Assembly: GCA_963924565.1 (NCBI GenBank)
Contig: OZ004614.1
Span: forward strand, 9,796,001-9,860,000
Source: Ascidiella aspersa
Lineage: Eukaryota
Reading direction: 5' to 3'
Length of the DNA stretch: 64,000 nucleotides
Both the position numbers and the translations under genes were made by a program. Positions 23,315 through 36,634 of the stretch are shown here, in pieces. Each line of letters begins with the position of its first letter. Within the stretch, counting starts at the first letter, position 1. The notes beneath the pieces are model-generated. The model made no database searches. It had not been told where the DNA came from and saw nothing but the letters and a program-made list of their open reading frames with translations.

Positions 23315-26300
23315 CTGGAAAAAGACAAAATTTGTTTATGTATTGAAATATTGACGCATAATGGTTGGAGGTTGTAGTAAGATGTAATAAAAACATCAAA
23401 GCCCATACAGAAGTAGGTACCTTTTTGGACGTTTTGAATAACTCTTTATTTAAATGCAAGTTGTTGGGCAAATGTTATTCATCCATCAACTTATCGCAAA
23501 TTATGCCGTCAGAGTTATTTAAAAGCATTAACTGAAATCCATGAAGTTTTCCTCGGGGGTAAAGTGAGGTAAAAGTATAAGAACCGCGCTGATTGGGTTG
23601 AAAAACGTTTGCGTGAATCTTCACTAGCCACACGTTATGGAATACAGTTCACTTAAATTACACATGGGCCACAACGCTTACATTCCACTGTTAGAACGAG
23701 CAACCCGCGTTGACTTAACTGTGTTTACAAGTGTTTTTGTAGGGCTGTCACATCGTTACAGCTCTCTTGTTTATCACCTGGTGTCCCAAGTCAAACAGAA
23801 ATAAAAAGTCCCGACCGCTTTAAGATAGGTTTCGATGCTTATCTGTTTGCGCGCCTACATTTCAAAATCGATAGGTTGAAAACAACAACAGCAGCAGCAG
23901 CACGAAATCGTCTAGAACGTGCCGAGTCAGTGGGATCGCAATTACGGCAAATGTGCAGATAACAGGGCAGGGCGGCACGAGACACGAGCTCTGACGGCAA
24001 TTTTAGCCCCGGCTCTGACGCGGTATGGTTCCAGCAGCCGGCACTAGTAGTAAACAAACACAGGGCAGTCGGGGCGAAAGATAACGACTGACTCGTGAGT
24101 AAGTCGTGTCGGTTTTGCCGACGAAGAACTTGCTCGGTTGTTTCCAGCGCTGCGGTTCATGATCGTCACGAGTCGACCCGCGCGTTTTTGAACCCCAGTG
24201 GTTTTTCGCTAAACTTGTAAACAGCACGTCGCAAAATGAAAGACGCACGTCGCCAAAGAGCAGTGAGCGGTTTGAAGTCTCGTGTTGACTGTTTACGCCT
24301 TTTGCATTGTTTGTATATTTATCTGTTTAAAGTGCGAGCTCGAGAACACTTTTGATGTCGATTTTTTTATGATTTTTTATTTTGAGGAAACTTGATCGTT
24401 TGTTTGAGGAGGTTGTCAAGGTTTAGACGTTGAATGTACAATGTTTGGTGTTTTACAGAAGAGTTTACCATATATTTTGTAAAGTTATGAATATTTTGGT
24501 GCCAAATTTAAGATGCTATCCCCTTGTCTCTTTAGATGGAAACTGAACCATTTATTTTGTAACGTTATAAATGTTTGATGTCATGCAATTTACGTCAGAC
24601 CCTTGTCCTTTGTCAAACAAACACCGCTTATTGTGGAGATTACGACTTAGTTTGGTAAATGTTACCCCTTGTCCTTTGTTATGCAACCTTACTGTTTACC
24701 GTCCAAGGTCACAAACTTCGCATCATCGCCATAAATAAAAGACACACACGTGATGCCGATTGTTGTGTCACGCGATTAAAGGCAGGAGCGTGGGTGCTAG
24801 CGAAAAACGTTCGACAGGTGTTGCAGTAATGAGACGAAAATAAACTCCTCCCCTCAAAGCGACAACCGTATAAGAGAGTTTTGCGCAACTGATACGGGCG
24901 CATGACGCACTCCATGCAAGGGGCGTGCGCAATTCGACGCGCTCCGAGAATTACAGGGCCGCCAAAGACGTCTAATAGCCGAAAACGGTCTGTAGTTGTT
25001 TCTGGCGGCGACGGTCGCCGAATTTTCGGAATATATCTCCGCGATATATGGCGCATCTTTATAAAAGTGAAACACATTGGCGGGAGGTTTTATTAATTCC
25101 TTGTTTCGATTGGTTTTATTTTTACGGGAATTGGTGATAAAACTTTTATTTTTATTTCTTTAGAGATGAAGATAACGCCCCAATTTGCCGCCTTTGTTTG
25201 TCATATAAACTTGGGAAGCCGTCTACCTAACTGTGTCCGTGGTAAGTAGTTTCTCCCTCGCTTGTGATCTCAGTTAACATGCAAAGACCACCAAGACGTG
25301 GCACGACTTTAAGCGTTTTAAGATCGACACAAACCAACCCGTTTGCTAGTTTTGGATTTGACGAAATGCCACAGTCTGCGGTGTGCGGCCCACGCCCGTG
25401 CAAGAGGGCCAAGCCTTTGCTGATCCTCTCGATAATGTTTTGCAAGTGCATTTCTCATCGTCTACAGCACGCCAGTGTGCACGGCTACTTAAAAAAATGC
25501 CAAGTGCTCGCTTGAAAACAAGTGCGTGTCTACCCTTAATTCTACCATGTCTTGAACATCATTGGGACGATTATGGCAATAGATGTTAAGTCGTTAATAG
25601 GTGTCACGCGAAGGGCGTAACCCAATGCAAAAGGATTTGGTGGCCAATTTATGCACTTGTTATGTTGTTGTTGCTGCTGCTGCTGTTGTTTAACATACAA
25701 GCGACATGCTAACTTTTGTGTTCGCGCTGCTTTGACTCTTGGCGGTCTACCCGACTGTTATTATCGCTGGTGGCAATGCCTTGTTGGCTTGATCACGAAA
25801 AAAGTTGTTGTTCCGTTGTCGGACGTGACTAGAATGTTTAGTTGTTATTACATTTTTAATTGATTTATCCCTTGCTAGAGTCATGGAAAATTACATAAAA
25901 ACGCATTAAAGGGATTCCTCAAAAGTCTATGTTCAGTCATTAAATCAAGCAACCAAATTGCAGGAGAATTTTCGACTTGAGAATTTTTAGCAATTTTACC
26001 AACACGTGAAACGCTATGGCAAAGACTTCCGCCAACTACAAACATAATGTAGCTAACCCTTATTGCGTGCTCCATTAAATTCAACTTACCTATGCGAACA
26101 ATAGGCGCTGATGCCTGGAACTGCTTGAAGCAAGTCAGTGCCTTGAAGCCGTAGCTGTCGATCCAGCAGGGGAGGTCTGTGTCGCAACTGCGCTGCGTGT
26201 CGCGTGCCGCTTTCGTGTCGAGCTTCAAGCAGCGCGATACGTTGGCCAGAAAGTTATCGACTTCTGCAACGGAGAAAAGAAAAACCTTTATCAAATTCAA

Positions 26301-29300
26301 TCACAAAAGAGCAAGAGAACTAAGGATATTTACAACATTTCTTCTAAAAACTGTAATAGTCAGAAAACTCTTACTAGTTAAAGATTTATATTCTTTAGAC
26401 TTTGCTGTCTTGGTCAAAGTCAGAAACTTATTAATGACTAACTTAATATTTGCTCCCATTTGAAGTAATTGTCGTCATTTACGTGTAAGGGGTTGAAGAC
26501 TTAATCAAAATACGACTAAAAATACATTAGACTATTTTGACTTACGTTGATCCGCCTTGCAAGCCGCCAAACAGGTTCCGGTGGCCGAACCGACCAGCTC
26601 CATCCAGCAAAACGCGTTGGTGCTGCATCGCGAGTATCCCTGAGCAATGGTTCTCCACGGTTGGCGCGAGCATTCCCAAACGCACTCGAGAACAGTCCTG
26701 GCTCGTCGTCCGATCAGAAGAGATTCTGCAAACGAAAAGGCGATTATTATCACGGATTTTGACTAGTAAGATATGCTCTTTTTTTAAATGTAGTTTATTT
26801 GTGTTATGGGCTTTTTGTCGTTAACTTAGTGTTCATTGCACACCCTAAACACAAGAATAGTGTTGCTGGTTCTTAATTCCATAGGCCCGTAAAATGTAGT
26901 GGATTACTTCTAGTATGAATACAATTCTATGCTAAGCCTGAAGCAGCTTTGGTGAGTAGTCTTACTGAACTCCCCTTGAACTGCAGTTCTTGAATCATCG
27001 ACTCAGTTAGACAAAGAGAAGCATATTGTTTTACCTGGCTGGTAGCATCTGGGTCCGTCTTTGCTGGTGCTATCGAAGCAGCAACCTCGCGACTCGCACA
27101 CTTTGTCGGAGATTGAAGGCCAGCCACAGTCGACACGTTCCCTCGTGGTGGCCACGCAAGATCTCAAGGTCGACTTGTCATTGGTGCTGGCGAGAGAAAC
27201 CGGGAAAAAGGCGCTCCTCAGGTTGACCTGGTTGGATGGCGCGCGAGGAGCGAGAGAAGCGCCTGTGACGAAACAAGAGAATGTTTAGGTTTGACATTAT
27301 TTAACTATTAAGAGTGGTTTTATACTTCTACTAAAAACATATCACACCATGCTTTGTAAATCTATTGTCTATAACTATATTCGGTTTGCGAAATGCTGAT
27401 TGATATGTCGCCTTATCATCAACAACATGCCACACAGTTATTTGTACACCTATTTCACAATAAAAATAACTTTTGTTTGTTTAAATGTGTTTTTATTTTG
27501 TCGCTCTTTTGCCAATACAATGCCTTGAAAATCTAGTTTAAATTCAACAAATCATGTAAGCTACAGTAGCCCGATTGTATGGGAAGCACATGGGAATTTT
27601 GCTTTGTCATTGTTGTTTTGGTTTAAAAGAAACTGAAACACGAACTACACAGTGGATCATTGTTGATTCAAACCGTTGCACTGCAATCGCGCGGGCTTTG
27701 GACGTCTTAATACCTTTTAAAACGCTTTCGGTCGTGTAACTACAAGCCAAAAGCTTCTTTCACTTCGCACCATACTTCCTTTACACCGGGATGACATCTA
27801 CGTTATTATCGCGCTGCATTGTAAGCGGGAGATTAGGTTTAATGTGCAACACAGCTATTTTTAGTCTAGACGCAGCAGTCAAATCGGCACGCAATTAAAA
27901 CGTCTAGACCTGTCTCACAAATGGGAATGCTGTGCTTTAACGGATTTAAAGCCCCTTTTACTGCTCGTAAACAACACATGTATACGGTTATACGTGCACA
28001 CGTGGCTTTAACAGCTTCGCCCAGTAACTCTGTTTATGGAGCCATAAATCAGCGGGCAAAAATAAACCGCCTGATGAATGTGTTGATCATAAATTCCGCC
28101 ATCAGCAAATGGCCACGTACGGTAGAATTGCAATCGCAAGTCGAACAAAGTTCAACGGGGTATCGCAATTCCGAGATTTAAGCGTTGTTTTGTTTTGACA
28201 GTTTACTACAGCAGTTTAAAGGTGGACCGTCGACAACAATACAACACAAGTCGTATGGCACCTTTTATCAGGCCAGTGTATACCATAGTTCAAAAAGTGC
28301 CAGCTCAGCGTTACCAATTATTTATTTTGTCGTTTAACGCTGTGAATCAGTTCTTGGTCACTTTGGCATGGTAAGCTTTATCTACCCCGTTTCAATTTTT
28401 TTCTTCGTGCCATGGCCCACCCATTAACCAGTTCAAATAGCAACCTACCTTCCCTTAAAATCCAGAACAACTTGAACCAACGAAAAATACTATTTACAAC
28501 AAAAGTTATATTTAGGGGACACACAGCTCCATTAAGGAAACGGCACCTGGCCAAAACAACGACTTCAATGGGATTCGTCGTAACGGTAATTTAGCTCGGC
28601 GCGCCGCTTTTGATTGGCCAATTTCCCGCGCGATCGCACCGACTTGCTCAGGCCACGCGATTCCGGTGGGAGAAAGTTGGTCTGCCGATCGTTATGGCGA
28701 GATATTTTCGTTTCGAAATGAAGCGACCGGTATTTATTTTCTGATGTTGCTAAGAGCGAGATTATCGTTACCACTTCATAATTTTGTTTATCAGTTTTAA
28801 TCTAAAAAATGTTTCAGACCATAGGGAAGTCGTATATATTATCGGAGCTGATTTCAAAGTGGTAGTTTCAGTACTCTTCCAATTTCAGGGGTATCTATGC
28901 CGATCCGATGATATTTTGTTTATATCATACATTGTGCCAATAGGAAAATGCTTTCAAGCAGGTCACACTAAGTGCGTATGTTGCAAGCTTGCATCACCAA
29001 CCAATAACCATGTTTTAACTGCGACCAAGGGTTCGGCCGTCAGTCAAAACCAGCACGCACTGGTTGCGTCAAATTTTCGCATGCATTTCACCAGATCGTG
29101 CGGCTTGGGGGTCGCGACCCGAACGCTATAAACACATACACGACAAAAACATGCGGATAGGCCGTTCGTCGCCGTTCTTCGGCGCATTTGTTTTATCAAG
29201 TCAATCGCGTCCAGGCATGCAAAACCGGACGAGAAATACGTCATCAATTAGCGGGCAACTTTGACTTGTGGTTCTTAAAGTGTGGGTATTATCACTAAAG

Positions 29301-31090
29301 GGGTAAACTGATGTTTTTATATGGGGAATTGTAGCATAGAAGATATAGAAGATATCTTTGAGAACTGAAAAGCAGATAAGAAGTACTTAGCTTTAATTGA
29401 CATATGAAAATCAGTTGTTAGATAATTTATTATTCTTGTCTTAATTGATCAGTAATTGTTCATGACTTTATAATGAAGTCACGACTTTATAATCTAATCG
29501 AATTACATTGTGTTCTTCACAAGTGTGAAACGAACCACTTATCTAAAAGATAAAGTGCAAAAAAACAAAGCATGTTCAGACAGAATTGCGATGGCATGCT
29601 ACATCGAATTCGCAAAAGCACACAACACACACAGTTTCAAAGGAGACTCACTCTGCGCGCTTTCTTCAGTATTCGGTTTAAAGCAGCGGATTACGTTTGG
29701 TATCGTTTTGTCAAAGCAGCAGCCGCTCGCCAAGCAGCGCTTGCGTCCGAAATGGACTTTTGAGTTGCACATGACTCGGTTTTCCGGACGTATGCTTGTG
29801 CATTGGATACCTGCTGACAAATTATACAACCTTGAAGAGCTGTATTTTGACTCAGTTTTGGTGCACCCGAGATTGCAATGATAGTACAGTGTTCACGCTT
29901 TAAAATAAATGCCGTCGATTTGAAAGCAATTGTTTTTTAATTTAAGCAAGCCAGAGTTAAAGTGGAAATGTCAAGCTTGAATATACGTAATAAGATCACC
30001 GACAAAGCAGTTAAAGTTGCAGTCAACCTTTTTTCCTTTAACAACTATTGTTTACAGTCGTGCCATCACAATACACTGCTGACTCTGCTGGATTACGTAG
30101 CCAATAAACATTGGTGTAATGTACATTGGATCACGTATAGCTAATAAAGTTGGTCTAATCTTTTGTAACACGTGCGCTAACCCGATTGTAGCACTACCCT
30201 CCCAACAATCAACAGTTAATGTTTACAGTTTTAGCGCTGAGGAACTCTTATCCTATTTGGTTGATAGCCTTTTGTTATCAGTCGTTTAGGTTTTGACTTT
30301 CCCCGATAATTCCTGATCATTACAAGGCGTGCCTGAATGAACGGCGACTAAAACTACAGGAGAAAATACTGTTTTCGAGAAAAAATAATTCCCAAATCTG
30401 TAATTTCCAGGGAAAACTTGGATTACCTTTATTAAACGCCCACAGCTAGCCAGTGTAATAATAACGCTGAAACTATGCAACAACAATGAGCACTGTGACG
30501 TAACACTGCTCCAAGGTTGTCTGTGGAACACGTCCGATTGTTTGTCCACTTACATGTTTACCACTTGAGGATTTGAAAGCTGATCGGTTTATTGTTGTTC
30601 GATTACAGCGAAATTCAAGTGTGATTACGGGGAGAATATCCTTGGCCTAAACGACGCGACATTCCAGAGGAGAATGCCCTGGGCCATGTGTAAATTGGCA
30701 AATCGGCGAAAGATTTTCGTGCAAGTATAAAGGCCTCCGGTTTGGTGAGCGTCAAAAATACGATTTTGCTACTTGTCGCATGTGAACATTTTAACGTCAT
30801 TGTTTGTATTTAACAATCATAGACCGAAAAAAACGGACATTTTATTAAAATATATTTATGTTTAATGCCTCCAAATCATTTTAATATATGTTTATAATTG
30901 AAATTTCGCAATTTGCAAAAACTAAAATATGTTCTTTTACAATTGTTGAGCGTTCCGTTACCGAAATAAATTAATCTCGCAATTGAGCAGGAAATATAAA
31001 ACTGAGTTTGAACTTACCACTCAAGGTTGGGGCTCCCGAGCAAAAAGCAATGCAGATGCTGATGGCGAAATATAGAACGATAGAATTCAT
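22665..31090 (-). CDS. Secreted trefoil (P-type) domain protein, 487 aa; exons 31090-31018, 29810-29652, 27262-27035, 26725-26546, 26263-26090, 23314-22665
   Basis: Six exons with canonical splice sites and all introns phase 1 total 1464 nt, open from ATG to TGA. Signal peptide MNSIVLYFAISICIAFCSGA, two six-Cys trefoil motifs (RxxC...C..xGCCFD...C), two Cys-Trp repeats, acidic tail. Confidence 0.88.
22830..23003 (-). repeat. Coding 18-bp minisatellite, about 9-10 units (IEEE[S/T]P)
   Basis: Plus strand ctcttcctctattggcga repeated in tandem. Confidence 0.9.
26090..26263 (-). CDS. Cys/Trp module B exon
   Basis: ttctccgttgcag|AA GTC ... ATA G|gtaagt; 174 nt, phase 1-1. Confidence 0.85.
26546..26725 (-). 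CDS. Cys/Trp module A exon
   Basis: ttttcgtttgcag|AA TCT ... CAA C|gtaagt; 180 nt, phase 1-1. Confidence 0.85.
27035..27262 (-). CDS. Linker and trefoil domain 2 exon
   Basis: CVATTRERVDCGWPSISDKVCESRGCCFDSTSKDGPRCYQP; this frame is absent from the ORF track. Confidence 0.9.
29652..29810 (-). CDS. Trefoil domain 1 exon
   Basis: CTSIRPENRVMCNSKVHFGRKRCLASGCCFDKTIPNVIRCFKP; NAGNAG acceptor (cagcag), donor gtgagt. Confidence 0.9.
31018..31090 (-). CDS. Signal-peptide exon of trefoil protein
   Basis: ccaagATG AAT TCT ... TTG AGT G|gtaagt; hydrophobic core ending in small residues. Confidence 0.8.
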
Positions 31091-31489
31091 CTTGGAATGC
31101 AGTAGTTGACAGTTTGATTAAAATAATAATAATTCTGAATATGAAAAAAATATGCTTATTAAACATTTGCTTGCTATTTAAAATCCTTTTTATTGTAACT
31201 GTAAAGTATCGCGCACCAGGCACAGACAAACGTAAACGATTTATAAGCTCATGCAGTCCATATTGATTATTCTGCTAAGGAATTTCCGACAATACACGCT
31301 TAAAAGTAACGCAAAAAATAAAAAGTAACAATAAACAACTGCTGTCAATTGCAAATATACCGCGTCACCGTAATCGAAATTCAATAACCAACAGCACTGC
31401 GTAAACGTGGAAAACTACAATCCTGCAGCACAACAAATACTAGTCATAAGCCTTCAACTTAGTTAAGCCGCTCTCAAAGGCTCCGGGCG

Positions 31490-31525
31490 ACTGTGAGCAT
31501 TCGAAGCGGCGGAGCGCTATTTATA
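31490..31525 (-). promoter_or_regulatory. Putative TATA box and initiator of the trefoil gene
   Basis: Minus-strand TATAAATA at 31525-31518 in a GC-rich context; pyrimidine-A (tcAcag) 31 nt downstream at 31494. Confidence 0.55.
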
Positions 31526-34500
31526 CCTCCGCGCTGAACGATCCCAACAATCACGCCTTGTTACGTCACAATCCTACGCAGATCACGCCGCGTCGTTCGA
31601 AACACGCTAACGAGAGCAACCTTTCGCTGCAGGCTGGCGGGACGACTGGCTGGTTGGCCCGGTGTTTTTCGACGGGCGTCATTTAACAAAAGAACCCATC
31701 GCGACATAACATTATATACCGCTGCTGCTGCTTCTGCTGTTTCGTCTGCCAATTACTGCCCACGCTCGCTAGCGACTTGAATTTGACCGGCACATTTCCA
31801 AAGAGAGGCCAATTTACGGCCTCGTAATGGCGCGGACAATAACTTCAAGGGCCTGCTGAGCGCTTTTCACAATTGCTCGGCGGCGAAAAGGACTCCGTTG
31901 CACCCGAACAGGTAATTGGCGCCGGGACAAGGTGCTTTCCATGGCCAGGCTCGAGTAAATTACGGAACGCACAAGAGCGATTGACAAAGTTTTTGTAAAC
32001 ATTTCACTTGCGTCGGTGCTGCAAGAATTTCGCTAATCACCATCACTTTGCTCGAATCTTCTTGAAAGCTGTCGATTTACCGCGCATGACATAATTCCAC
32101 AAGGATTACGGGATGCATGGAAAGTTTCCCAAAATAGCAACAGGCAAATCGTCCGTAAGCCTTGTGTCGCAATCTTGCAAGGCACCCGACTCTTGCACCA
32201 TAGCTAGGCATGGCTCTTTGTTGGCAGCTAATATGCCCAGTCATATTTCGCAACTCTATAATTAGAACTTATGGCCTCTAACTTCATTGTTTCGATAGAA
32301 AACTTTTTTACAGTATATTTAGGCAGATCTCTGCGTCATATCCACGTTTCGCATTGCCGTACTGTATGCTTTTAGCACTTTTGCATAGTTTCGAACGCGA
32401 ATAGAGCAATGCCGTTATTTTAAACGGCGAATAATAATTCATTACACGGAATCAAAAGCAGGCGAAAAAATGCCGACCAGTGCTAAATTGGTTGGCAAAT
32501 GTGTTTGACTGACGCAAGAGAGGAATTCGTTAAAAGTGGCTCATAAAACTACACACCTAGACGCCACGCCGTTAAGACCAGGACGAAAGAGCGGCTGCAC
32601 CCACAACTAAAATAGGCCAGCGCCACATCAAACGTCGACCGGCCAGTTAGCGAGCCAAAGAGGCCTTGCCTACTTCGAAGTTTGCCATTAATCCGCTCGC
32701 TTCGTCGTATCCATCGGAGCTGTGATATTTTTCCGACAACCCGTTTTGACGCGGTTGAAGTGGATTTGTTTTGGCGATCTTGTTTTTGCTAACAGCGCTA
32801 AGGTGACTCGCGGTGATTGTTGGGTCCAACACTTCGTATCGTGTTGCGAAATCGATACCCGATTTTTAAGGGATCAGTACGACTGCCCGCTTTGCTACCG
32901 ACTGACATCATTATTGTGATAAAATGGGCAAAACAGATTAAAAAACCCTTTGAAAATGTTAATGTTTTTTTATTTGGTTTAACGTCAAAATGCTGGGTAC
33001 CTTCGATTTCTTATTAAATATTATTAGCTAAGGAAATGTTCTTTTTTAAAAAAAAAAAAAAAACTGCGTTGGTTAACAAACCATGGTTTAAAAATCACGT
33101 GTTCCCTTTGGAAACGATGTCACCATATATAGTGTTATATCTTCGAATATCGTTACAACCATTTGTCTCGAGTATAGAGTATCGGCTCCGATATTATCGG
33201 ACATATTTTTCGCGCGGTTATAATAGTGTTTTTTGTAAAGCGGGACCTGGAATTGTTTATCCAGTTTTTAATTGAGATTGTTTTTGCTTTTTTGTTGATA
33301 AGAAAAGTTGTTTTTAAACGACAAATGCTGACGATAGAAAACATCCACTGACGCTGTCTCATTCCAGCAAATTCGAAACAACGATGTGATATTTTCAAGA
33401 TTCTAAATGTGTAAGCTAACTCACAGTTATACAAAGACATAATGGTGTATCGTATTTTATACGCAAGAATACTAAATAAGAGCATTTTTCGACTATTCAA
33501 TAAGTGTTGTTGAGCAAGAAAATGTATAAAGGATGCGGGTTTTAGCGAATTAAGTGATATTCGATCTCACAAACGTTACGTAAGCCCTGTAAATTAAGGG
33601 GAAAGTTGTCCAGTGAAACCAGGAAATTACATTGACAACATCCTCGTGATATTAGTCACAAAAAAGAGGATTTTATTGCTCAATACATTTCGCGACTATG
33701 TATAGATTTGGTTGTTATATTTATCAATGCATCATGTTGGCAGATGTTTGATGCCGAAAATACGTTAAGCCTCGCGTTAATCTCAACAAAAAAGTATTTC
33801 GAGCGAAAACAAATTGCACGACAGCATATTAGCGCCGGGTAAATGTTTATTTTATCGAGAAAATATTATATTTACACCGCCCGGCTTATAAGGCCGTTAC
33901 AACAAAGCATCTGATCGCGTGTTTTGCCACACTGTCCAGTCATAATAGCCGAAATCCCCACTGTGGTGGTGCACTTTGGGCAAACACCCGATCGCCAACA
34001 TTCCGTTCCGACCGGCAATGGTTCAAACGAGCAAAAACCACGCATTGACGTCATTATGACGTAAAAATCACATTCCTAATGCGATAATAATTCGCCTTAC
34101 GTCGAAAAAAGCCGGGTCGACTATTACGCCTAAAAAGACAGTTAGTTTTTTTATTCAAATTGCGTTTCGAATAATCACGACGAAACCCGTTTTGCAATGA
34201 AATCAACCTTGGCGGTTATTGCCGGTCATTTCCTCGAACGCACTTTGGTCTTCGGCCTTGCTGAAATTAACAGGCTCGTAACACGTCTTGACCTTCGTTC
34301 GTTTCTTCAATTGTTTTGTGACGCGCAAAAAGAACATTTGTGACGCCGAATTTTGCGTAGTTTAGAATTCGGGAATAAAAAAAACGGAAAATTTACTGAG
34401 AGACTTCCGCATTTTTTATAGCTTTTTTAAAGCGGCGCGTATATCCCGAAAAATGACATTTTGGATTTAAGCGATTGCCTGTACACTGCGTGGCGTACAA

Positions 34501-35505
34501 GCTTTCGGTTTTTAAGCAAATTGTCAAAATAAAGGTCGATCTAAGTCCGACTCTGTGCCATACGTCAACTGCCAATCTTCCCGATCTTCGCGTGACGTCA
34601 TTCGTGACGTAAGTGTTCAGTTAAGACGGACACCTCGGTGTCGAATGTCGTGCCACCGGTGCCGCATCTCGACTTTTGCCGAAATCAAATCGCTTTAAAA
34701 GCTTTTGAAATAATCGGCTCGGTGAAAGTACATGATCGAATTAAAACGATTTTGCGATTAGATCTCGGATATGAGCGACATAGAATACTTGTTTTGGTTA
34801 TGCTGCAAAAAATATAACCGTGCTCTGCAATAGTAAGGCAATATATCACTGAAATGAAGTCTTGCTTAAAAGGTTATCTAAATTTTTTTTATATTTTACC
34901 TTTATGTTTTAACTTAATTGTTTTGTTCCATTCGATTTTCAAGTGTCAGTTTATGCAGCATATAGTGCAAATCGATGTAACATCTTAGTTTACTTAACAG
35001 TTAATTGACAGGCAATTTGATAACCGACACAAAATCTTGCAAATAGCAATATTCCTTATAAGCAATACTATTTCGACGAAAATAACAAAAAAGCTACGGG
35101 TATATTTTAACCAATTAACCTCGTGATTCCCGCCCGAAATAGACAAGCTCTTCCATTCGTTGTCGTAAATTGAGCTATTACGATTATATTATCGTTATTA
35201 CACTAATATGGAACGGTCGGCAAAACCTCATTCGCGGAATTTATCAAGAAGCGATCAAACCATTAAAGCGCCAAATTCGGCCGCGTCCATAAGGACAACG
35301 CAGCCGGTGCCAAGGCGCGCGATTTAAGTTGTTTAGGGAAACTCCTGTTTTAACAAGGCCCCGGGGCTCTGGCCTTGATTCAAGTATGGGCTACGCACTA
35401 AAACAAAAGGGGAAACGCAGTCAGGGCTAAAAAAACTTTGAAAAGATGTTTTTGATGCTATGCGCAAAATCGTGGTATGTACGAAATAACAAAACATATG
35501 ATGAT

Positions 35506-35680
35506 TATTTTGGAGCATATTGGTTGAAGGTTGTAGTAGGACGTAATAAAAATATCAAAGCCCATACAGAAGTAGGTATCATTTTGAACGTTGAAAAAGA
35601 GACGATGTTGAAAATTAATAAAGAGTTATTCGAAACGTTCAAAATGATACCTATACTCTGTATGGGCTTTGATATTTTTA
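35506..35680. repeat. Dispersed repeat with internal inverted repeat; other copies about 9008-9151 and 23349-23455
   Basis: Shared ggttgtagta.ga.gtaataa.aa.atcaaagcccatacagaagtaggta.c.tttt. Confidence 0.85.
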
Positions 35681-36305
35681 TATGGTAATTAAAAAATGCA
35701 ATAGCAGAAATAAAAATGGGGTGTTTAGCAGAAAATAAAAAATACAAACACGGCCAGCATAACAAGGTTAAAAAGTTTAATCACATAAAAAATGAAGTAA
35801 AAAAGTGACCGCCAACCACAAAATGTAAAGTGACAGCAAAAAATGACAGAAATGAACACTAACCCTCAAAAATCAGAAGATAAAAAAACGTGTCCAACAA
35901 AAAATAAAAAAATTGTCCAGTAAAAAACAAGAAAAAAAAGAAAACAAACCCGGATGACAAGCACAAAAAGGAAAAGAAAAAGGGTGTAATGGTCGTGCAG
36001 CAAACGCTACATGCGCGTGATATTTACATTTTGCCACGGCGCCAACGCATTTGCTGACATTCCGACGCTTTTTGGCTCGCTGCTATCCCCGGGCATAATC
36101 AGGACATTCTCTCCCGACCTACGTCATCATTACCTGCAGTGACGTCGGCTGTCTGCCACGTGACGCAGGTGCAAGCCGTAAGTCGCGTTGGATTAATTCG
36201 GCCGAAAATAGTGCATAATTTGCTCTGTTTACATAACAAAGTGTTACATGAGGCGCCCTAAAGCGTGTTAGGTTTGCGGTCTTCTTCTATACTTTTGCAT
36301 CAAAG

Positions 36306-36589
36306 CATGGTTTCTTAAACAGGGGTGCTCGTACCCATTGGGGTTGCGAGAACTTTTCCAAGGGGGTACGAGGATGCTGAATTAGACATAGAAAATGTAT
36401 TACTGTAATTTATTTATCTGCTCAGTTAAATGTAAATAACTCACATTTGGGTATTGTGTTGCTGCGTTATTCTGTTACTTGTATAAAAATAAAATTCACT
36501 ATGGTTTTGTTATTTAAGCAATGGGGGTGCAATAATTGGCTGGTATAGTTTAAAAGGAGTGCAATAAGGTAAAAAGTTAAGAAACACTG
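36306..36589. mobile_element. hAT MITE (older)
   Basis: catggtttcttaaac ... gttaagaaacactg; degenerate TSD catcaaag/ctttaaag. Confidence 0.65.
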
Positions 36590-36634
36590 CTTTAAAGGGT
36601 TAACATTTTAATTTCTGGTATCATTTTCTTGACA

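Noticed and set aside
22519-23346. 275-aa Ser-rich plus-strand ORF and other overlapping ORFs
   Set aside because: Antisense or alternate-frame shadows of the Glu-rich repeat exon on the minus strand.
25227-25470. Possible additional exon of the trefoil gene
   Set aside because: The phase-1 reading from the nearest acceptor hits a stop, and no domain is recognisable.
29044-29125. LVKCMRKFDATSACWF resembling a third Cys/Trp module
   Set aside because: Wrong phase (2), different spacing, immediate stop and no donor.
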